A stretch of DNA of 57,656 nucleotides, filler included, from Sphacelaria rigidula (lineage: Eukaryota): the NCBI GenBank assembly GCA_964200075.2. It is 4 parts of 4 records of this genome, joined end to end, with 100 filler letters (N's around TTAATTAATTAA, not from the genome) between each part and the next. Parts side by side here need not be neighbours in the genome. Positions count along the whole stretch, not along the records: positions 43,321 to 57,656 come from CAXNAA020002307.1; 3 more parts are not named here. The stretch is one strand, 5' to 3'. Below, one piece after another: positions 48,501 through 57,656 of the stretch. The stretch's first letter is position 1; every line of letters begins with the position of its first letter. Position numbers and translations under genes: made by a program. Below the pieces are notes generated by a model. That model worked only from the letters and a program-made list of their open reading frames with translations. It was not told the origin of the DNA and made no database searches.

Positions 48501-49960
48501 GGTTCGTTTTCAAGGGTTATACAACACGGAAAACGGTCATCACACACCCGGCCGACTTTTAAGGACAAATCAACATGCGAACCAGCAATTGCATCAACGG
48601 TCTACTTTATCAAGAACACACGCCGACCTACGAAATAGACACCACAAGCACATTCGTCTTCGAAGGACAAATCCATGAGAGTAAAAAAAAGTCACAGAAC
48701 CGGTCCACTTTTACTTTAGATTGGCATTCCCAACATGAAGACAAGCGGCTGCACTAACGGCCTACTTCCGACACAAGGACTCACGGAAAGTATGAGAAAC
48801 ATCAATTATGAAAACACTACACGATCCGCTTTGAAGGACAGACCAACAGGAAAACCAAAACGAGAGTTGTTTACATAGTATACCCGGCCTGCTTCGAAGA
48901 TTTTCAAAGCAGAGGTGATCCACCCGCTGCGGCATAGTCGAAAGCACAAGCAACTCCGTCTTCGTGCTGACCCTTGAACAGACGAGCACAGCGCAACACA
49001 AAGGGAAATACAGAGGGGAGAGAGAGTCAGAGCGCGAACCGTTGACGGGCCAAAACAAGGGAATATTTGACGCACAGAATAGACGGATCAAGTTGAAGCA
49101 GTTCTCGTTCTCTGTCGAAGGACATGGGACATGTTTGAGGCGCGTTCGGCTTAGTTTCATCGACCGGTACTGTAGTTTTGGGCACATACACTGACCTTGT
49201 AGCGGAGAATACCCATGCATCCACCATGCTACGGCATGCTGGCCCCATGAAAGCTAATAATGGAGAATATGAGGCTACCGTGATGAGGCGAATCCTCCTA
49301 CACGGCGGCCGCGTGGTGCGCATGCGCGCCGAACGTCTTCCAACATCGCCACACGTGAAGTAATGGTCGGAGGGAAGACGACGGCAAGCCAACCAACAAG
49401 ACGCCAATAAAGTGTCACGAAATACTGCTCCGACTTTGGAATAAGTGCGACATCGTGAACGCGGGTTGTACAAGATGTTTCCGAATGGTACCGAATCGAA
49501 AAATAAGGAGTTAAAGAATACGGCAACCTCGACCAAGGCGCGCGATGCTAAGGGAACGCCACATTCAACTTCTGAACTACAATCGCCTCCGCGTGTAGTG
49601 AGCGGAGTGCTTCGTGCATCAAAACCAACAGCAACGTGGAGGGGGCTTGATTTCCCACCCGGGCGCGAAATACGGGAGAGCGGTCGGGCATGACTGCTGG
49701 TCGTCAAGCTAGTATGTATGGCTCATGCGGGAAAATCAACTCGTGAAGCCTTCACATATCACGTTCGAGTCAGAGGCTAAGATCCTAGGTATTCTGGGGG
49801 AGCTAAATGCTCTTAACCTAGGGGACGACGAGGACAAACCGTTTGAAGAAGGCGACGCAGCACCAATCGACGATGATGACAGCGCGGGTGGACAGCCACC
49901 TCGAGACCCGACATCATCGAAGCGCTCTTCTCTGGACAGTGGCAGGTCTAGTCGACAAGC
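45570..49960 (+). pseudogene. Decayed DNA-transposon coding remnant, possibly hAT-like
   Basis: Coding-like fragments broken by stops and frameshifts; TIASACSERSAS and RSGMTAGRQ near 49580-49720 resemble the hAT dimerisation motif (SxxxERxFS...R). Confidence 0.35.
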
Positions 49961-51067
49961 GTAACGGCGTCGGGCGGATAACGCACGACAATACTTTTGG
50001 AGTTCTGACGACAAACGTTCCGATGACGGAAATTTCCTCATCGCCGTTGCAGAAAATCAGGACGAAGACGCGTTCGGCATGCTCGTAGTAGTTCGAAATC
50101 GTCACTGAGCCATAGGAATCACCGACGGCGAAAGAAGCCCTGGCAGGGGCCGATACCGATGCCGGCAAATGTAAACCATGGGAGAGGGGATCAAAGGGAA
50201 GGGCAACGAGCCCCAGAGCTGAGACAGGCCGGTGAACCGATGGGACCACCGGTGCCACCGGTGCCACCGGCGAAGAATGTAGATCACCCTACTGCCCAGA
50301 AGCTTGAGGACAGAGGCACTGCGGACGGGAACGGCGCCACATATGGGACTGGAGGATTGCGCATTTTCACGTCGGAATAACTGTGACGAGGGCGCAATCA
50401 CCGAAACACCGGAGACGCCCAGGTACAACCACTAGGCAAAGCTCGACGATAAGCGCGATCGAGCGCGGACGGTTCTACCCTTCGCAAAGACGCGAACGCC
50501 CGCGGCGAAGGAAACGACGAAGGCCGTGAAGGGACAGCCCGAGGGTGCCGGTTGCATGCCAAGCAAGGACAGTCTCGCACAAAGCCAACACACGTTCAAG
50601 TTGGCGTGGTCAAGGGAGGATGTCAGGAAGAAAATGGCGGCGGGAGTCGAGACGAGTTTCGGAGGGTCCAAGTCCACCACACGGCGTCGAGGGCAATTAA
50701 CGGATAGCTTTATTGTTTTTTGAAGTAACGCGGTGGGTGTGATCTTATCAGCGCTTCAGTGCTACCGCTATAGGATCACGGGGGAGGGTTCAAATCATGT
50801 ATTGGACATAGATCTCGTACTATTTTATATTTGGATTATTTTTTTACTTGTCGCACTTTGAATCCTCCCCTTCCTCGGGACGAGTCAGTGGTCTCAAGGG
50901 ATCAACCCACCTCTCCCCGGTACACGCCTTACATTTCGGTCTCGCGGATTGGATCAGCAATCCCGCACCGCGTCAACTCACGTCAAACAAACTCAGTCAA
51001 CTACGAATACTTTGTTTTAGTCACGTTCTCACGCTTCTCACGGTGGAAATCAGATACTACGAAGAAA

Positions 51068-51144
51068 ACCCCAACGCATCGGGAATCAAACCCTCGTCCT
51101 CTCCGCACTCATGACGAGAGTCGGACCATTATACCACCGGGGCG
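51068..51144 (-). other. tRNA-like head of a possible second SINE family
   Basis: Minus strand GCCCCCGGTGGTATAATGG...GAGGGTTTGATTCCCG, with A- and B-box-like motifs. Confidence 0.4.
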
Positions 51145-52388
51145 CTGTACGTAGGTTCTCGGGCGTGCAGTTAACTAGCCTGGTAGGAGCGTACGGTTCA
51201 GTCCAAGATATCGGCGAGAACGATTCAAGAAGCGGAGCCAGTGCGGTTACGTACGAGGTACCAACAGGAACGGTTCGGGAACCAATACCGTAGCCAGTGT
51301 GATTCAGCTGAGCCTGAGCGGCTCCGTGGTTCACACTGAACGTTCTGCAGTTGGGGTTCAGGGCTGAGGTTCAGAGAGATAGTTCGGATAGGACTGTACA
51401 CCAAGCTAGGGGGTGGGCTATGAAGAACTTGTACAAGCACGGCGATGAAGTGCCCCATACGGATCAGTCGTCTGCTCAGCCCATCAAGAGTTTTGTGACA
51501 GTTGTCGTGCTCGGATATGAGCGGTGCACCACTACGACGAGCGCCACGACCAGACAACACAATTCACAATGAACAAGCCCAACTCTTTGTCGCAAAGCTC
51601 AGGCTCTATTCGTTCCGCCTTACTCAGATCGAGTTCCCTTGAGGTTGTTCTGCGCCAAATTTGATTGACCAACGGGTGAAAAATCAAAAGCTTCCGCGCA
51701 AAAGTGTTGCCCATTATACCGTGGCTCGAAGGGCATGTCGGGTAGGGTACGTACCTTTGAGCACCCGGGTATGAATACCCGGGATTTTTCTTTTCCCAAG
51801 GGTTGGGTGGATTGAGTAAGGTCTCAACACTCTACCCAAATTTTGGGTAGCTTGAGTATGATCTCAATATTCTACCCGAAAGTTGGGTGGAGTTGAGCTC
51901 GACGGTTACCGGCTGAACAGGAATGATTTTGTAACTTCTTAGGCCGTGTCTTATCGAGACAGAAGAACAAGCACGGAGAGGAACATGCGTCCAGGAGTAT
52001 GTCGATTTGTTGCCGTAATCATAGACCCCGCTCGACGGTCGATCGACTTGCTGTTCTGGGTGCTTGTTTCTCTTCGTGCTCTTTTTTTTTTGTCTGGATA
52101 AGACACGGCCTTAGTAGTTGTTGTTGTTTTTTTGTTTTCGCGTGCCACCGCTCATCACAGTGTGCGTTTGATCTCAAAGTTTGGGGATTACGAGATAATA
52201 ACATCCGCTCGACATTCCGAAAATACAATCATTTCTGCAATCCATATTGAATGACTTATAAGCCGACCGGCATTCTTTTCCCTGCAACAGCACAGCCCCA
52301 GCTTCTGACTCGTCCATATTTTAGCTCGATTGGACCACTTCCGGTCGATTTTGTGGACACGTTTAATTTTTTGTTTTTACCTATTTGT

Positions 52389-53558
52389 ACTTCGAAATTT
52401 GGTACGGAGGAAGAATAGGGCATGCTAAAACGCTGTCGCTCGGGACGAGCATTTTTTTCTTCCGTGAGTTAATGGCAATAATCAGTATCTGAATATCAGG
52501 AAAATACCGTTAACTCAGGAAAAAAAAACTGCTCGTCCCGAGCAACAGCGTTTTAACATGCCCTATTCTTCTTCCGTACCGAATTTCGAAGTCTAAGGCC
52601 GGATGTTATGGCACACAGGTTTTTGGCCCACGGATTGTTCACTTTTGGGACGTTTGACCCACCTTTTGACCCCCAAACAGGGAAAACCGCCAACACACGT
52701 CTTGGACACTTTTCATCACCCCACAGAGAGGAGCCAAGCCCACTTCTCAGATTCGCCTGGCTCTTAGGTTCGAGAGCGGCCGCTTAACAATAATCCGTGT
52801 GCAATAAAATTTACGGTGATTTCCACAGGTTATTGGGCAAACTGGCGGGGGTCGGCAAGCACATATTATTTCTGCGCACGAATCATTGTTCAGCGGCCAA
52901 TCTCGAAACCTCGGAGCCAAGCGAATCTGGAAAGCAGACGATGCTCCTCTCTGTGGGGTGATGAAAAGTGTCCAAGACGTGTGTTGGCGGTTTTTCCCGT
53001 TTGGGGGTCAAAAGGTGGGTCAAACGTCCCAAAAGTGAACAATCCGTGGGCCGACAATCTGTTTGCCATAACATCCGGTCTTAGACTTCGAAATTCGGTA
53101 CGGAAGAAGAATAGGGCATGTTAAAACGCTGTTGCTCGGGACGAGTACTTTATTTTTCTCGTCAGTTGACGGTATTTTCCTGATATCGAGATACTGATTA
53201 TTGCCATTAACTCACGAAAGATGGATGCTACGGTAGGGGTGCACAGATATTTTCTGAGGTTAGAATAATTGTTAGGAGCCCTGTATCTCATGCCAAACAC
53301 GACTTATGATATATGTGAGAGTACGCCAGAATATTTATTCCATTATGCCAGGGATGCCCCAAATGAATTTGCAAACGGGGGTGCCCTGACCCATATTCTC
53401 GTGCATCTAGAATCTTTGGGAGCTCCTGAATCAGACAAGATTTATTTCGTGCAAAACGTGCACCCCAGCCGTAGCATTGCTCGAAAAAAAAAATCTGCTC
53501 ATCCCGAGCAACAGCGTTTCAGCATGCCCTATTCTTCCTCCGTACCAAATTTCGAAGT
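52389..53558. mobile_element. Compound nested MITE palindrome (B-A-B' with element C inside B')
   Basis: B 52389-52592 (self-palindromic), A 52597-53080, inverted B' 53085-53558 containing C at 53225-53477 (TIR ATGCTACGGTAGGGGTGCAC, also seen at 28720). Confidence 0.8.
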
Positions 53559-56500
53559 CTAACTCGAAAAGTTGAGGTGAGACGGGGTCTGCAAACCACA
53601 CTTTCGCGTCTTGGCCAGCCCAGCCTGTTGTTGTACCCTTTGCTTGTATATTTCGTTCGTCTCCTGACGACGGGTCTGATATTCCAAGCATTGATGTGTC
53701 AATGAAAAAATAACCGCCCGCAGCTGCTGGTCTTCACAGCAAGGAGCTTGCAAGGATCCACCAGCTGTTAGCGGCCATGGCTCTACGAGTAAGGTGAGGA
53801 GCAAGAAATCACGTGGGAAAGTATGTGGACTTGTTCTGAGCATCTGCTTGTATTCCTATTGCCACGTTTTGCCGGGCATAGCTAACGCGTAATTCGACGA
53901 TTGCGCACGTCGTACCTTCACCCTGTTGTCAACTGATGCGTCTGTGCACGTTTCTGGGTGGGGTGGTTTGCTGGGTCCACTATGTGCGCCGCTGCATACC
54001 CGTTACACCTGTTTCATGATCAGCTGCTGAAGTTTACGGTTTGCCGCATCTGCAATTCTCATGGCAGGGTCATGTTGCCAAGGGAATGTGTACAGGTCCG
54101 TCCTCGAGTAAAGAGCATATTTTCTTGCCAACCGCAGTTCACGGAGTGTTCTATCTCCACGTTCATCTCAGGTTATCAGTTGCTTCCCGTCGATATTCTT
54201 GACATCTGCAGCGCGCACACCAACGGAGCCCCATTGGTGGTGACAGTCTGTGACCTCTTAAGAAAAGGAGAATGAACCATCGGGTGGGTGTTATCCCCCG
54301 AGAAACTTGAGGCTGAATAACTTAACTCGAAAACAGGGGGTGTTATACCCCGTCATGCTGTGTAAGGCACATGTGTGATGTTTTGGATACATACTTACGC
54401 TGCATGTGCCTGTGGTGAAAAGGCTTGTTGTCCAGTACGACCGCACATTGCTGATACTGACGATCGCAGCTTATGAGCAGAGGGCAAACGTGACCAGGGA
54501 CATGAAATGGAGCTGGATGTGATACGTGGGGCCAGGGAAAAGACGTGGGGCTGGCGACAACACATGAAGCTAAAGCTTCAAGGGTTAGTATTGTACGTGG
54601 CATATTGCTCTCGTGGAAGCGTAGAACGTAACACCAATATAATGGGGGATAAAAATGAGGTCGCCAAAATCAAGGGGTGACTGTACACCCCACATCCTGC
54701 CAGAAGTTGCTAATCTGGGGTAGGGCCATGCTTGACGGCGGAAGTACGATTCTTTTCTAGTTTCACTTCATTTCAGTATAACTTTTGGGATATCGTAAAA
54801 CTCCTTGTCGTTGCACCAAGTGTGAAGCGAGTTTAAAGTCGGCCGTGACAGATTGCACGGCACTACGACAAAGGGGGGTGCGACGGAAAAGGGGGCAGTG
54901 TGGGGCAGTTCGAGAAATCCGTCGCTGCAGGGGGGGGGGAGGGGGGGCTATGGCCCACTGGGTGCGAAAGCCAAAAAATTCGAGGCACACCGGTATACCG
55001 ATGGTAGGAGAGCACATTGCTGTACAAAAGTAACCGTGGTAATGGTTGTTTTTCTGTTTGGGTTTCGTTTGCTGTGTGCCCCTTTCTGGGTGTACTAAAA
55101 CGAGTGAGGGAACGTGTTTACTCCCGCGTCTTTCCTGCACGCCGCGGAAGAGCGAAGGTCGACAACGCAAACGCAAACACAGGAGCCTCCACTCATGTCG
55201 CTCTCTTGCCGATCAACCGTAGCTCGCCGTTGCACCCACGAAAAAACGCCACTTGAAAGCCATAATCCATGCCCACGAAAACCGCCAGTAGAAGTGTTCT
55301 CACTCGCACCCGCCTCTGTCGTCGCACCCGTTGTCACGATAGGGGGGGCGGGGGGGAGGGCGGCCGAATCCCAAATATCTTAATAATGACAGTTTGCACC
55401 GTACAACACCAGAGAGAGATGCCACCACAGAAGAGGATGCCACTACGAGAGGTTTTGCGGGATCCGCTCACCTTGCCAGTGTTCCCCACTTCACAAAACA
55501 TCGAGCACGCGTACCCAGTATACTGTCCCCACTGGTGCGAAAAACGTTGAGGTACCCCGTGGTTATCCTAAAGACGCAGCGCAAATGGAGTAGATCCCAA
55601 AGCGTTGTGTAAGTGGTTGGCTGAGCGCTTTTACCTTCCGAAAATTGGTACGTCCCCCCACCGCCAAGTACGGCTGCGAGGTTTATGAAATAAAGCTATT
55701 GATAAGCGCGATTCATACCACAACTGCCCAGAGCACAGCACGTTGGAGCAAGAGAAATGCCGGCACCGAGCCGGTACCGCTCTCTTCACATAGAAGGCAA
55801 AAATTCTCTTTGAGCAGCAGGGTTGGTACCGTCCAACGAAAGCACCGCGGCGTGAAAGCATTGTAAGGACACTCTGGCAAGAGTTTTTTTTTTTTTCTTT
55901 CCATGTACTACGGTTTCGTCTTATGAATTTGTTGCGACTAGAATCTGACCACAGCACGCGGTGTACAGCACTCCACTGTACAGACAGTGCAGTACATGAG
56001 TACAGCAGAAGCCACCTCCGAATGCCGTTTCCCCAATTGTAAAAGCTACGAGTTCCCCTCTGGGCAGCTTCGTTTGAACAGTCAAGCAGGCTCACCACCA
56101 CGCTTTTTAATTTCGCAAGTTTGTTGGGCAGACGTTTTGCTTACCGCATGTAGTCACAAGTCGGGGCGCGCGTGTCTGTGAGAGCGGGCATCTTTGTAAA
56201 ACACCTGATCACGTACAGATTCTCGTCTTGGCCGTGAAAAATCAGGAAAAAAAACTTCTGCCACCATCAGCTGTATCTATTTTGGCCAAGACGGCACTGT
56301 TTACCGTCAAATCACATCAAACGAACAGTATGCAATGTACGTGACAGGCCTAATCTCGCGGCAGAGGCGTGGGGTCGGGTCAAAGTCCACCGGCAGCATG
56401 CAAAAAGTGTATGCAGCTCAGTTTTTCACCGTTTGACCAGGGAAAAATCAAGCTAAATTTGCTGTTGTTCAGCTGACAGTAGAGTGCAGTAAACAATGCG

Positions 56501-56826
56501 CTACTACTTGGATTCGCAAGCCCGTCAATTTTAACCGCGAATGACACAGGAGTGGCCCTGGTTCGCGGTTTGGTAATGGGCCCTTGATCGCGGTTCGTAC
56601 CTGGGTCTGCACTTTTAGCGGCTTACTAACTGCTATCGGTTCAAATTTGACTCGAAATAGGCATGTGCAGGAGCTGCATGAAATGCCGAGCTTTGAAACA
56701 CGTCGACTGCATGCGCAGACTGTTCCCTACAGGTATTCGAACCCGTTGTGGCGATGAATCCAGCAAACTTCGGTCGGTTTTCCGCTTATCACCCCACAAT
56801 CTTTGTTCCCATGCCCCAGTGGTGTA

Positions 56827-57374
56827 CAGTACAGGGCGGTCTAACTATCCATTTTGTGGCATTTTGTGTTTTTTTCGTATTTGGCGATTTTCTTGGACTG
56901 TTTTCGCTTGCCACCACTCATCACATCGGGATCTGAAGGTGTTTGTATCCGCTCCATATTCCACGAAAAAAAACCCATCTGTACTCAATATCGAGTGACG
57001 TACGGGTTGACCGGTCATCGGGGATCCTGCCACGTTTCAGCCAAGATTCTTACTCTTGGGTATTTTCGGTCTATCGAGCCTGTCTCGATAATATTTGTGA
57101 AAAAATGCACACTGTCGTTTTGCTTCAATTCTACCTATTCATTGCACTAGAGCCGAAAAACCGTGTTTCAGGTCAATAACACCCTCCTGATAAACGGGGT
57201 ATTTACTCGTATCGCCCGATCACACCAAGTAACACTGACTTGGGCACTGTGTCTGAAGGATGATCTGTTTTTTGTACCAAAATCTACCGATGCTAGCAAT
57301 GTCGAGTTCCTTCGAAGAGTAGTACGCGAGGAAAATAACAAAGCACCCCTGAATAGTTAGACGGCCCATTACTG
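56827..57374. mobile_element. Tc1/mariner (pogo-like) MITE, second copy
   Basis: TA-CAGTACAGGGCGGTCTAACT...AGTTAGACGGCCCATTACTG-TA; body matches 5452-5997. Confidence 0.8.
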
Positions 57375-57656
57375 TAACTATAATAGTCTGGCTGAAGTCA
57401 GTTAGGGCGGAGGATTTCAAACTCGGATCCCAGCAGGTGTAGTTTTATTTTCTGATCAAGTATTTCATTGCCGTCGTCCACACCAGGAGGGTTTGTCTAG
57501 CAAAGGCAATTCATTGGACCAGAGTCGATGCGGCGCGGGAGCGCTGATTCAATCCGCCATACAAAACTGAAAGGCGTATACCAGGGGGGCGTACTCATTT
57601 GTTGCTTGCCTTAGTCATTTGACCATTGACCACGCATCCCTTTCGAGACGGAGCAC

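Noticed and set aside
53900-54300. Decayed minus-strand coding-like fragment
   Set aside because: Interrupted by stops and has no motif I can assign.

Overview
Eukaryotic, intron-rich DNA; gene style and repeat content suggest a brown alga or other stramenopile (inference). The window is not one locus. It is four contigs (1-14342, 14443-28783, 28884-43220, 43321-57656; lengths 14342, 14341, 14337, 14336) joined by 100-nt N44-TTAATTAATTAA-N44 linkers, so adjacency across linkers is not biological. Contig 1: internal exons of a minus-strand low-complexity/coiled-coil gene, with tRNA-derived SINEs, MITEs and a 430-bp hairpin in its introns. Contig 2: a 16-exon, >2000-aa minus-strand gene that runs off the contig. 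It encodes a degenerate ATP-grasp-like N-terminus, a split Cys4 motif, a pseudo-receiver domain (phospho-Asp replaced by Glu), a degenerate alpha/beta-hydrolase, six IQ motifs and a coiled coil. Contig 3: a 9-exon USP10/Ubp3-like deubiquitinase with an intact catalytic triad, preceded by a hydrophobic anchor and a recently expanded 138-bp IQ repeat. Contig 4: decayed, probably hAT-like transposon sequence and nested palindromic MITEs. All gene models were built by hand from splice signals, exon phase and protein motifs; no database search was run.
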